Source of the DNA: Octopus vulgaris
Taxonomy: Eukaryota
Direction of reading: 5' to 3'
DNA: 64,000 bases
Assembly: GCA_951406725.2 (NCBI GenBank)
Contig: OX597830.1
Location: forward strand, 76,880,001-76,944,000
Shown: in pieces, positions 42,554 through 55,749 of the stretch
Position numbering within the stretch: the first letter of the stretch is position 1
Layout of the letters: each line of letters opens with the position of its first letter
Notes under the pieces: generated by a model
Told to the model about the DNA's origin: nothing
What the model saw: only the letters and a program-made list of their open reading frames with translations
The model's database searches: none
Translations under genes and position numbers: made by a program

Positions 42554-42774
42554 GGAAGACAGATTGATTTCAGGGGTGGGTATATAAGATCACACAACCA
42601 TACGCGGGAGTCCTCCACACACTTTCCGTCTACCAACTTCACTCGCTATTGGTTAGCCCAGGACTATCGTACAAGATTGTTGCCCAAGACGATGCGAAAC
42701 GGGACTGAACCCGAAACCACGTGACTCTAAAGCGAGCTCCTTAACAACATCGCCATGCCTGCACCAATCATAAT

Positions 42775-43322
42775 AATCCTTTCTTCTATAGGCACAAGGC
42801 CTGAAATTTATGAGCAGAGGACTAGTAGATTACATCGATCCCAGTGTTACACTGGTACTCAATTTGTCGACCCCAGCAGAATTTGAACTCAGAGGGTTAA
42901 GACGGACGAAACGCTAAGCATTTCGTCCAGCGTGCTAACGATTCAGCCAGCTCGCCGCCTTCGCCTTAATCATAATAATAATAATTATTATTATTATTAT
43001 TATTATTATCATTCTGGGTTAAGGCGGCGAGCTGGCCGAATCTTTAGCAGGCCGGGCGAAATGCGTGGCCGTATTTCGTCTGCCGTTACGTTCTGAGTTC
43101 AAATTCCGCCGAGGTCGAGTTTGCCTTTCATCCTTTCGGTGTCGATAAATTAAGTACCAGTTACGCACTGTGGTCGATGTAATCGACTTAATCCGTCTGT
43201 CTGTCCTTGTTTGTCTGTCTCTGTATTTAGACCCTTGTGGGTAATAAAGAAATAGGTATTTCCTCTGCCGCTTTGTTCTGAGTTCAAATTCTGCCGAGGT
43301 CGATTGCGCCTTGCATCCTTTC
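42775..43322. mobile_element. Two divergent SINE A copies separated by (AAT)n(ATT)n
   Basis: Minus copy ~42775-42961; plus copy from 43021. Confidence 0.8.
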
Positions 43323-43598
43323 TTCGTTGACAGCGATTTTCTATATAATACAATTACTTAACTGATTAATGACTTAATAGTTAGAGGATCAATGATCAGT
43401 TAATTACTTAGGTGAGCAAAAACTCGAAAAAGAAAAGAAGAGTCGGACTTGATTACGTTAGCACTCACTCAACGACTATGATTCTTGCTGATGGCGTTCC
43501 TAGGCAACTGTCTTCAAGACATGATCTCTGGAGTAATCTTGCTTATATACATACCTGTCTGTCTGTGTCTCTGTCTACCAGCCAGTGTGTCTCTTTAC

Positions 43599-43728
<130 letters not shown>

Positions 43729-43775
43729 CTATCTATCTGTCTGTCTGTCTGTCAATCTATCTATCTATCTATCTG

Positions 43776-43832
<57 letters not shown>

Positions 43833-43833
43833 A

Positions 43834-43866
<33 letters not shown>

Positions 43867-44771
43867 GTCTGTCTGTCTATTCAATCTATCTATCTATCTT
43901 TCTGTTTGTCTGTCTGACTGTCTGTAGATATGTATGTGTGCGTGTATGCAAGAATGTATATATGTAAACGTTATGAGTGGATATATGTATATACATGTAT
44001 GTACATGCATATAAGTGCACTCACTCACACGCACACACATGTACATATACACACATGCATGCATGCACACATCCTCCTCATCAGTCGCCAGCTGTGTTGG
44101 ACACTGTACAGTACTTGTGATGTAACACATTCTCTAATCTAACTGCTCCCTCACGCTCCCTTTCCTTTCTGTCTCTCCCTTTTCCTTCTTTTACTCCTAC
44201 TGTCCCTCTCCTCCCTCTTCAAACTTAGCACCTTTTCCATTCCTTCCTTCTTTCCTTCCTCTCAAACTCCAATTCTTCACCATTCTTCCCGTTTCGCCAC
44301 TAGCAAGGTTCCTGTCGAAATAGTCTTAGCACGACAGAAAATTAAATCAAAGTGAGTGAAAGGGAAAGAGAGAAGGAAGGAGAGAGAGAAACGGAGTGAT
44401 AGAGGCAGCGAGGGGGAGAGAGAATGGAAGAGAGAGAGAGAGATATGTAGAAAGTGCTCGGGAGAGAGAGAGAGAGAGAGAGAGATGAAGTGAGAGAAAG
44501 AGGGACAAAGAGATAAAGAGACAGACAGACAGTGACAGAGAGATGGAGAGAGATAGATAAAGAGAGAGATAGAGAGAGAGAGTCAGACAGACTGAGAGAG
44601 AGAGAGAGAGAAAGTCAGGCAAACACAGAGAGAAAGAGATGGAGAGAGAGAGAGAAAGTTCCATCTGTCTCCAAGAGTTTTTGAATCGATGGGTTTTGTC
44701 ACATTCGGAAATCTGTAGACATGACTTCTTGATCGCTTTGTGGACATGACTAATCGCACTTGGTAACAGAA

Positions 44772-44817
<46 letters not shown>

Positions 44818-44857
44818 TCTATCTATCTAAAAACCACCACCACCAGTACCACAACTG

Positions 44858-44899
<42 letters not shown>

Positions 44900-45423
44900 T
44901 AACAGTAGATTGTCCGAGAATATACAGATTGATGTGATAGAAAGGTGAGAGTGGGGGAGAAGCGGATGTGTGTAGGAGAGATACACCTAGGAAGAGAGTG
45001 AGGAGAGGAGAGAGGGTGAGAAAGAGAGAGGAAGAAGAGAGAGAGGGAAACGTTGTATGAATTAGATATCGTATGATTTGGAGTGAGAGTAAAAGTGAAA
45101 AATATGGGGCGTTTTAAGAGATATAGAGATAGCCAGAGAAAAGAAGAGCGGAAAGAGATGAGAAAAAAAAGAGAGGTGAAAAGGAAAAGCAGAGGAAGGA
45201 AGAGAGAGAAGCGTAATTATAGAAAAGCAGAACAATGTAGGTATGTAGTGGAGGTAACGTCCTTACGTCCATATATCCATGTAAAAACGATACAGAAGGT
45301 TAAAAAAGAGAGATAATAGAAGGCTTCTGACAATGCAGAAAGTTTAATAAAACCTTTATAATTCGGGCTCAAAGCCCATCTTCACAAGAAAAAAAATCAA
45401 CACATTTATATATGTGCGTACGT

Positions 45424-45470
<47 letters not shown>

Positions 45471-45652
45471 TGTGTGTGTATGTGTGTGTGTGTGTGTGTG
45501 TACTTGCGGTTGTGTTTGTTCACCTCATCGCTCGACAACCAGTACTGGTTTGTTTACGTTCCATCGTGGTTCGGCATATGAGAGAGAGCCCCAGGCTTGA
45601 CTCAAAATGACCGCAGTCCAATGACTAAAACAAGTAAAAGATATCTACCTAC

Positions 45653-45699
<47 letters not shown>

Positions 45700-45703
45700 T
45701 TTT

Positions 45704-45787
<84 letters not shown>

Positions 45788-46035
45788 CACACACACATAA
45801 GAAAAAAATATCAAAGTCCTTTGGGCTATCATGGAAGCCAGCAAGCAATCGCCTCGCATACGTGTTAAATTTCAATTATTGCAACTGACGTTGGTGTCTA
45901 ATAAAACATGGAGCATGAGTTATTATCGTTGGAATGAAAGTTACAGGTGACTCTAGGAGTTCTAATGGTGGTTGATGGAATTATCACAATCGCACATTTA
46001 CTCAACATTTCCTTCCCCACTCTCTCACCCAGCTT

Positions 46036-46078
<43 letters not shown>

Positions 46079-46138
46079 CTCTATCTGTCACTCACTGTTT
46101 CTCTGTTTTCTTAGCTGGTATTATTATATGTAATAAGT

Positions 46139-46375
46139 AAGGCGGCGAGCTAGCAGAAACGCTAGCACGCCGGGCGAAATGCGTAGCCGCATTTCGTCTG
46201 CCGTTAAGTTCTGAGTTCAAATTCCGCCGAGGTCGACTTTGCCTTTCATCCTTACGGGATCGATTAAATAAGTACCAGTTACGCACTGGGGTCGATATAA
46301 TCGACTTAATCCGTGTGTCTGTCCTTGTTTGTCCCCTCTGTGTTTAGCCCCTCGTGGGTAGTAAAGAAATAGGTA
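46139..46375 (+). mobile_element. SINE family A, full length
   Basis: AAGGCGGCGAGCTAGCAG head through AAAGAAATAGG. Confidence 0.85.
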
Positions 46376-46459
46376 TTACTATATGTGTGACAAAGGTTCA
46401 AAGAATCTGGAATAATGTGGACAGTATACGTATGTTCTCTTTCTCTTTTTAATTTAGTG

Positions 46460-46824
46460 CAGTAGTTCTCATCCACGGTCCACATGCCCCTTGGCGATCC
46501 ACATAAGATTTTGTTGCTAAAGTTTATCTGCAATAAATTGCTTTATACTTCACCAATACACGAGCCGGCGTGGTTGTGTGGTAAGAAGCTTGCTTCCCAG
46601 CCATATAGTTCCGGGTTCAGCCCCTCTCCACGTGGCACCTGGGCAAGTTTCTTCTACTATAGCTTCAGGCCGTGGCTCTGTGGTGAAAAGCTTCCTTTCC
46701 AACCGCATGGATCCGGGTTCAATCCTACTGCGTTTCACCTTGGGCAGATATCTTCTACTATAGCCTCACGCCGACCAAAGCTTTGTGAGTGGATTTGGTC
46801 GACGGAATCTGGAAGAAGCACGTC

Positions 46825-46883
<59 letters not shown>

Positions 46884-47233
46884 TACGTGTATGTGTATGT
46901 ATATCTATGTGTGTCCTTGTGTCTGTGTTTGAGTCCCCACCACTACTTGACAACCGGTGATGTGTTTGGTTCCCCGTATCTTAGTAGGTTCAGTCCCATT
47001 GCGTGGCACCTTGGGCAAGTGTCTTCTACTATAGCTTACAAAGAATAAGTCCTAAGGTCGATTTGTTCAACTAAAGGCGGTGCTCAAGCATGGCCGCAGT
47101 CAAATGACTGAAACAAGTAAAAGAGTAATATTGAGCTATATAACAATATAACATTGAATGAGTATGAAGGACTTGTTGAATAAAAAAAGGAATAAAAAAT
47201 GGGTCCATAGGTAAAAAGGGTTGAGAAACATTG
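46460..47233. mobile_element. hAT-type MITE interrupted by a rearranged SINE B cluster (~46570-47127)
   Basis: CAGTAGTTCTCA / TGAGAAACATTG ends; degenerate TSD ATTTAGTG/AGTTAGAG. Confidence 0.55.
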
Positions 47234-47392
47234 AGTTAGAGTAAATTTTGACCGGCCACCTCCCTGGTGGCAAGATTGTAAACGAAAACGCGTTTTGTTA
47301 CATTCATTACATTGACGACTCCATCCAAAAGTATCTTCATCGCAACGAATGTCGCTAACGCTACCACTACAAAAACCACCGTCACCAGGACA

Positions 47393-47427
<35 letters not shown>

Positions 47428-47437
47428 CACCACCACC

Positions 47438-47502
<65 letters not shown>

Positions 47503-47727
47503 TAGCAACAACAATAGCAACAACAACATCAACAGCAACAGCACCATCGTCTCCAAACCACTGAAATCACCATTCTCATTCACCACTCTAACTGCTACAA
47601 CCACCACCATCACTACCACCATCATTGCCACCACCAACACTACCGTCACCACCACCACCACCACCACCACCACCATCTCATTCAACACCACCGTCATTGT
47701 CGCATACATCGCTGCAGTCTACTATAC

Positions 47728-47838
47728 CAGTGGTTTCAAACCTTTTATCTAAATGAGTTTTCCTACAGACCCCTTTTAGTACGGTTATCCTTATGTACAA
47801 ATGGCGGTGGCCCAGCATGGCCACAGCTCGTGAGCTGA

Positions 47839-47869
<31 letters not shown>

Positions 47870-48100
47870 CTTTTTACTCTTGTATTTGTTTCAGTTATTT
47901 GACTATGGCCATGCTGGAGCACCGTCTTTAGTCGAGCAAATCAACCCCAGGACTTATCCTTTGTAAACCTAGTACTTATTTCATCAGTCTCTTTTGACGA
48001 ACCGCTAAGTAATGGGGAAGTAAACACATCAGCATCGGTTGTCAAGCAATTTTTTTGGGAAAAACACAGACACACAAACATTCACACACACACAAACGCA

Positions 48101-48190
<90 letters not shown>

Positions 48191-48459
48191 TATATATGTA
48201 TATATCTATATACATATATACGACGTGCTTCTTTCAGTTTCTGTCTACCAAATCCTCTCACAAGGCTTTGGTTGGCCCGAGGCTATAGTAGAAGACACTT
48301 CCCCAAGGTGCCACGCGGTGGGAATGAAACCGGAACCATGTGGTTGGTAAGCAAGCTACTTACCACACAGCCACTCCTAAGCCTATATATAGTTCAAGGA
48401 CCCACAGTACTACATTGCGGGGCACCAGGTGTCCGCGGACCCTATGTTGGTGACCACTG
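47728..48459. mobile_element. hAT-type MITE with a nested SINE B (~47872-48385, minus)
   Basis: Ends CAGTGGTTTCAAAC / GTTGGTGACCACTG; exact 8-bp TSD TACTATAC at 47720-47727 and 48460-48467. Confidence 0.8.
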
Positions 48460-49010
48460 TACTATACCATCGTCACCAACGCCACCATTATCACATATAA
48501 AAAGTAGAACCGCCACCATCCCCGCCAACACCATCCCTTTCGTCGCCGCCACTCACGTCCGCATCCACCACCACCACCACTAACAACAACAACAACAATA
48601 ACAACACCGCCATCACCACCATCGCCAATAGCTAGCTACAAAAGCAGCACCTTCGCAATTACCGCTACCAACACCGACACCACAAAACAACACCACCAAC
48701 AACAACGGCTCCACCACAACAACCACCACCACTACCACCCCCACTAACAATACCACCACCATCAACAACAACAACTACCACACTAGCAACAAAAACAAAC
48801 ATCTTCACTATCACCACACAACCACTACACAACCACCACCTAGAGCAATAACAACAACAATAAACACCACCAATAACAACCACGGCACATTTACAACCAC
48901 CACCATCACCATTATCGTGTCACATGATCAGTATCTAGCGTACCAGGCGGCATTAGATCAAAGGTAATCAAAATCTCATTAAGTCCCCTGCAATACAGCG
49001 TTGCCCTTAC

Positions 49011-49107
49011 CTCCGTTGCCCTCCTAAACACAACGTTTGTAGCATAAACTGTGTTGTCTGGGATAGCATTCCCACAGTTGGTCGAAGGATTAAATATAGG
49101 AATACAG
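49011..49107 (-). CDS. Candidate 97-nt internal coding exon (xCIPIFNPSTNCGNAIPDNTVYATNVVFRRATE)
   Basis: Acceptor TTGTGTTCTTCAG, donor GAG|GTAAGG, open frame, unique complex sequence between microsatellites; product not identified. Confidence 0.45.
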
Positions 49108-49318
49108 CTGAAGAACACAACTTGTATACATACACCCATCCGTCCAGACCTACATACATACATATATTTATTTATGTGTGTGATTGTGTCGAAATACACA
49201 CGCACAGAAACACACATACAATCACACACACACATGTATATTGTTCTCTGGTCTACTCGAAACCGGAGTCGTAGCACCTGTCAAAGTCCCAGCCACATAT
49301 ATGGATGTATGTATGAAT

Positions 49319-49351
<33 letters not shown>

Positions 49352-49379
49352 CTTTGATACTTTGATATATGTATGTATG

Positions 49380-49411
<32 letters not shown>

Positions 49412-49483
49412 TGTATGTATGTATGTATGTATGTATGTATGTATGTATGTATGTATGTATGTGTGTGTGTATGTATGTATATG

Positions 49484-49572
<89 letters not shown>

Positions 49573-49872
49573 TTCTGTTAAGTAGCCACATGTATGGTTA
49601 TTTGAATTGAAATTTCCATATATAAAGAATACTGACAGATCACGTTTGTCTACCAATCTGCTGGTAATGAAATAGCTTGATAGTTGACACTAAAATACAA
49701 ATATTACTTGACGACATAACAATTTAGAAAGCTCGAGAGAACGTGAAATACTTTGTTTTCTTTTAACGTTTTAACTCGAAGTAGGAAAGCTACAAATAAC
49801 AGCTTGTAAATATTGGACAGAGAAATTTGAAGGCTACCCAGTATTTACGTGTTACTCTTTATAGCCTTTTCC

Positions 49873-50670
49873 AAGGCGGCAAGCTGGCAGAATCGTTAAA
49901 ACGAATGGCAAAATGCTTAGCGGTTATTTCGTCTGTCTTTATGTTCTGAGTTCAAATTTCACCCAGTTCGACTTTGCCTTTCATCCTTTCGGGGTCGATA
50001 AATTAAGTACCAGTTACGCACTGGAATCGATGTAATCGACTTAATCCCTTTGTCTGTCCTTGCTTGTCCCCTCTATGTTTAATCCCTTGTGGGCAATAAA
50101 GAAATAAGAATCGTTAGCACGCCGGGCAAAATGCTTTGCGGTATTTCGTCTGCCGCTACGTTCTGAGTTCAAATTCAGCCGAGGTCGACTTTGCATTTCA
50201 TCCTTTCGGGGTCGATTAATTAAGTACCAGTTACGCACTGGGGTCGATAAAATCGACTTAATCCGTTTGTCTGTCCTTGTTTGTACCTCTCTGTGTTTAG
50301 CCCCTTGTAGGTAGTAAAGAAATACTTTCGTGCACCTGGACGTTCTGAGTTCAAATTTCGCTGAGGTCGATTTTGCTTTTTATCCTTTCTAGATCGATAA
50401 ATTAAATACCCGTGAAACACTGGGGTCGATGTAATCGACAAATCCTCTCCCCACAAAATTTCAAACCTTTAGTAGAAAGGATTATTTATAACTTTTCTTG
50501 GGCGGCAAGCTGGCAGAATCGTTAACACGCCGGGCAAAATGCTTGGCAGAATTTCGTCCGTCCTTACGTTCTGGGTTCAAATTCTGCCAAAGTTGACTTT
50601 GCCTTTCAACCTTTCGGGGTCAATAGAATAAGTACCATTTGAACTCTAGCGTCGATGTAATCGACTTACC
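49873..50670 (+). mobile_element. Tandem array of four SINE A units
   Basis: Repeated GTTCTG(A/G)GTTCAAAT...CATCCTTTCGGGGTC-type blocks at ~49943, ~50160, ~50342 and ~50568. Confidence 0.85.
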
Positions 50671-50984
50671 TTCAAAATTTAATACCATTATTCATAGTTT
50701 TTCTAATCCGAGTTCAACCGTTAAATAAAATTAATATTGCTATTTTCCTCTGCAAGTTCATCAGATCAGATTACCAGTAATACTTAATGGATTTCTGTTT
50801 TCAAGGTTGGTCAACGAAAATTATCCTGTCGATAACTTACCGCAAATTTAGTGAGTTAAATCATTCTGTTTTTCTATACCTCATACTGTGATGCTTCTGG
50901 ATACACCACTGGTGATGTTTCTTGGGGTTGGTTAGTTAAACCCTAACTTGTATGCAGTTAGCTCCTGCCTAGGTAGCTCTGCAT

Positions 50985-51256
50985 TTTCCAGGATTCGCAC
51001 CTTTTGTTCCACAGTCATCTTGGGGCAGCTATCTCTGCCTCTACAAGCAACCTGATGGCCTTCAGCCGACTGGGACCTGTACACAAAGCATTTTGCGATC
51101 TCTGCTGCAGGACTGCAAACCCCTTGCTTTTTACGTCGATGAAATCTCACCTTGCTTGCTCCCCATTGCTTTCGCTTAACTCCAGCAGATCAGTATATTT
51201 CCTTCTCTTACTCTCATTTACCTCCTTCATTAAGTCCTCCAAGGGGATGGAGAAGA
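50985..51256 (-). pseudogene. HERO-like LINE C-terminal fragment
   Basis: FSIPLEDLMKEVNESKRRKYTDLLE...IDVKSKGFA...KAIRLLVEAEIAAPR*LWNKR, compared with 'ELTVPWE...E.NERK..KY..L...IEVG.RGF...RAI....EAA..A.RWLW.KR'. Confidence 0.7.
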
Positions 51257-51259
51257 ACC

Positions 51260-51492
51260 TATTTCTTTACTACCCACAAGGGACTAAACACAGAGGAGAC
51301 AAACAAGGACAAACAAATGGATTAAGTCGATTACATCGACCCCAGGGCGTAACTGGTACTTAATTTATCGACCCCGAAAGGATGAAAGGCAAAGTCAACC
51401 TCGGCGGAATTTGAACTCTCAACGTAACGACAGACGAAATACTGCTACGCATTTCGCCCGGCGTGCTAACGATTCTGCCAGCTCGCCGCCTT
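51260..51492 (-). mobile_element. SINE family A, full length
   Basis: Reverse complement of the A consensus, from the AAGGCGGCGAGC head to the tail. Confidence 0.85.
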
Positions 51493-51504
51493 AAAGTAAC
51501 GAGC

Positions 51505-51580
51505 CTCCCCGGCCGGCGGGGAATCGAACCCCGGTCTCCCGCGTGACAGGCGGGGATACTTACCACTATACTACCGAGGA
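51505..51580 (-). tRNA. tRNA-Asp-GTC: tRNA-Asp(GTC) with a 4-nt CCGG duplication (possible pseudogene)
   Basis: TCCTCGGTAGTATAGTGGTAAGTATCCCCGCCTGTCACGCGGGAGACCGGGGTTCGATTCCCCG-CCGG-CCGGGGAG; GTC anticodon, intact A and B boxes. Confidence 0.92.
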
Positions 51581-51909
51581 TCAGAATGGAGAAGTACTAT
51601 CAGAGCCACCAGCTTGGAGGTAACAAGTATAAATTGGTCGTCTGATTTTCGTTCGATACAATCAGAAGCAGTTTGTCGGAAGAGACGTTGGAGCGTCACG
51701 TAGAAAGACTCGTGATATTTGTTCTGACTTAGTGTGCTTAAAGCTTCAATGGGATTGAGCCAAACACGCTGATCACCACTTGGTATCATTTTTACATTAT
51801 CCTCTTGCATTCCATACACACACACTAACACACATGTATATGCATGTGTGTGTGAGTCTTTGTATGTGTGGCTGTGCTTATCCGTCGATTACAATGGTCA
51901 CGGTGGTCT

Positions 51910-52200
51910 AATTGATCCGATCAACGGAACAGCCTGCTCATGAAATTAACGTGCATGTGGCTGAGTACTCTGCAGACACATATACTCTTAATGTAGTTCT
52001 CAGGGAGATTCAACAGGACACAGAGCGTGACAAGGCCGTCCCTTTGAAATACAGGTACAACTCATTATCGCCAACTGAATGGACTGGAGGAACGTGAAAT
52101 AAAATGCCTTGCTCGAGAACACAATGCCCCCACCGAGTATCGAACTGAAGACCTTACAATTGTGAGTCGAATACCCTGACCATTAAGCCACACGCCTACA
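51910..52200 (-). mobile_element. SINE family C, old copy
   Basis: Minus strand AGGCGTGTGGCTTAATGGTCAGGG...GTTCGATAC head; its 3' part GATCCGATCAACGGAAC... also occurs at ~1270 and ~53095. Confidence 0.65.
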
Positions 52201-52585
52201 CGTTGCTCTATTTACGTGCCTGTTGATCTGCAAAAGAGATCGATTGAATAATTACGGAACTTTAAAAAAAAGTGAAGAGCTGGGTCAAGTTCACCAGCTA
52301 AATATTTCAATGCTGTGCTGTAGCATGGCCGCTGTCCAATGTCTGGAACAAATGCAATAATAAAATATTGAAAAAATTATTTCGTGTTCAGTTTCGGAAC
52401 CTAAACTAAAGACATCAAAAGAAAAAAAAAATGGGAAGTATAATTTTAACGTTTAAGGTCAAAGGGAAATAATCATGTGTGTAAATCATTTTGAATTATT
52501 TCCCTTACACCATGAGACTTCGCTCTGTACACAAATCTTGTTTGTAGTATTTCTTTTTTACCTCAATTCTGTTAACTTTATCTAT

Positions 52586-52643
<58 letters not shown>

Positions 52644-52850
52644 CAGCAGCAGCAGCAGTGGTGGTGGTGGTGGTAGTAGTAGTGGTAGTAGTGGTGGTGG
52701 TGGTGGTGGTGGTGGTAGTACTAGTAATAGTAGTAGTAGTAATAGCAGTAGTAGTAGTAGTAGTAGCAGCAGCAGTAGTAGTGGTAGTGGTGGTGGTGTT
52801 GTTGGTGGTACTTGTAGTAATAGTAGCAGTAGTAGTAGTAGTAGTAGTAA

Positions 52851-52965
<115 letters not shown>

Positions 52966-53184
52966 CGTTTGGTGTCATAAAATATATAGGGTAACATTAA
53001 ACTCGCACCATTTTCAGCAGAACATATTCAGGTCAAAAGCGGTCGTTAATATACTAAACAGGCCCTCTGTAGATTACGACGTCCAGAGTTCCAGTTGATC
53101 CGATCAACGGAAGAGCCTGCTCGTGAAATTAACGTGCAACTGGCTGAGTACTCCACAGACACGTGTACCCTCATAGTGGTTCTC

Positions 53185-53226
<42 letters not shown>

Positions 53227-53282
53227 TCTCACAGAATGTGACGAAAGCTGACCATTTAAAATTTTTTGGCCGGGGGGGGGGG

Positions 53283-53652
53283 CAGTCGATTAGATCGACC
53301 CAATACGCAACTGGTACTTAATTTATTAACACCCGAAATGATGAAAGGCAAAGTCGATCTCGGCGGAATTTGAACTCAGAACGTAAAGAGAGACGAAATA
53401 CCTATTTCTTTACTACCCACAAGGGGCTAAACACAGAGAGGACAAACAAGGACAGACAAACGGATTAAGTCGATTACATCGACCCCAGTGCGTAACTGGT
53501 ACTTACTTAATCGACCCCGAAAGGATGAAAGGCACAGTCGACCTCGGCGGAATTTTAACTCAGAACGTAGCGGCAGTCGAAATACCTATTTCTTTACTAC
53601 CCACAAGGGGCTAAACGCAGAGAGGACAAACAAGGACAGACAAACGGATTAC
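53283..53652 (-). mobile_element. Head-less tandem SINE A bodies
   Basis: CCTATTTCTTTACTACCCACAAGGGGCTAAAC at 53401 and 53585 (184-bp period). Confidence 0.85.
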
Positions 53653-53654
53653 TC

Positions 53655-54130
53655 CTCCAGTACTGTTCTCATTTTGTCTACAGAATTCATATTTTTCCCA
53701 TCCAAATAATTTTGAAGACTGCGGAATAAATGATAATCAGACGGGCATTGTCCGGCCCATATGGTTGATGGGGCATCGTTTCCCATTCAAACAGATCCAA
53801 CCTTTGGAATATCATCCTCGCTGTATATGGCCAAGCATTATCCTCATGGAAGAACCTTTCGTCTTGAAACCAAAGATGATTGTTTTTCTTCTAGAGCTTA
53901 CTTGAATTGCTGGTTGAATGACCAAGTGCAAACTTCTCTGCTAGCTTCTCAACAGTTACGATGGCATTTTGTTCCACCAGGGTTTGCAGGACATCCTCGT
54001 CAAGTTCTACAGATCTTCCAGAACGAGGCTCGTCTTTTAGGCTGTAGTTTCAGGCTCGGAATTTCTGGGACCACCGTTGACACTGGCTTACATTTATTGC
54101 CCGCTCTCCATGTACTGCATTAATATACCT
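53655..54130 (-). pseudogene. Mariner transposase relic with internal deletion
   Basis: SLKDEPRSGRSVELDEDVLQTLVEQN..VTVEKLAEK...HEDNAWPYTAR...WETMPHQPY..PD..PSDYHLFRSLQNYLDGK; HDNA, YSPDLAP and D motifs of DD34D mariners. Confidence 0.85.
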
Positions 54131-54642
54131 CGCACTTTCCATTGTGTTGTTTCCGTTATGGAACACATAAAACAAAATATACCGAATATGCTCGTTTGTC
54201 ATTTCTATTATAGCATTGTATATGTAACTGTTAAAATCGAACTGCTCTCTTCAAAACTTGCACTAAGAATAAGTACGAGGTAAAATTACTACCTGTTGTT
54301 ATAGCAAGTTGATGCAGGTAGTTTATCCCGTCCCCTCTGACTTTTAGTTCATGCAATTGAAAAAAAACGCATTATTTATGAGATGACCCAATGTATAAGT
54401 AGATGTGTATATGTATGTGTGTGTGTGTATTTTACTTACTCTACAGAGCCTATGAAGTCCTGTGTAGGACACTGGGAATCACCAAGCAAGGAAAATCACC
54501 AGGGTCTAGCAGCATATTGATAATTCGTCTAACACCAACATTCGCTGTGGTTAGCCGGCATATGAAACCGATTTAAGAGAAAAAGGGTAACCTGCAGGAT
54601 TACATATCCCTTTAAAATCATTTATATATATATATATATATA

Positions 54643-54867
54643 ACGGGAAAGTTTAGGAAAATAAACAAAAAACGAAGGCAGGTGGAGTATAACAAACAAA
54701 TGTATTAGTATGGCACTCAGGAATAGAAATAGAACAAGTCTTTTACGTCTCGAGCCTACGCTCTTCGGCAGAAAGATACACAGAAAAAAACAAGGAGAGA
54801 AACAAGGAGAGAAAAATGGAGAGAAAAAATGCGTGTAGGAGCTAACGATCTAGCAAGGCGTCCTGAC
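54643..54867 (-). mobile_element. TA-embedded short element with a variant minimal hammerhead
   Basis: Minus strand UCUUU-CUGCCGA-A-GAG-CGUAGG-CUC-GAGAC-GUA-AAAGA; homologous to 20221-20400. Confidence 0.55.
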
Positions 54868-54876
54868 TTATATATA

Positions 54877-55010
<134 letters not shown>

Positions 55011-55018
55011 TCAATACT

Positions 55019-55103
<85 letters not shown>

Positions 55104-55749
55104 TAATACATACATACACACACATATTTATATATATATCAATACATACATGTATATATATATATACACCACAAACACATTTGTATATATGTGAGTGTGT
55201 TTGCATGTACGAATATGTATGTATATAGATATGAATACATTTCTGTTCATGTAAGTAATAAAACATCGCATCTATGTGTGCAAGTATATATGTATACATG
55301 TGCCCGCGTCTGCATATGTATGTGTTTGTCCGTATGTATGAACGTGTAGATTTATAGTTGTACTATCGCTAACCCTGACTCGTTCTCATATGCATGAATA
55401 TACACTCACATACATATCAACCTACTTACCTACATACATACATATACGTGCGCGCACACACACACACACACCCACACGTACACACACACACACACACATA
55501 TACATACACACACACATATACACCCACACAAAGAGGCTAGGAAACACACATACTGGAAAATAGCCGTTTCCATTTTCTCACAATTAAGAATTACGCAATC
55601 CGCTTTTCTTGACATGAGATGTCTTAGAAATAGCAACAACGATAGAAAATCGAGTGCCGTGACCAAATTATATGATCATTATCTAGTATCCATCTTTCTT
55701 TATTAAGTGATGTTTTTTATAATTATTTTCTGATTCCTTTCATGTATAG

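Noticed and set aside
43459-43517. Possible minus-strand exon [19 protein letters not shown]
   Set aside because: The acceptor lacks a pyrimidine tract.
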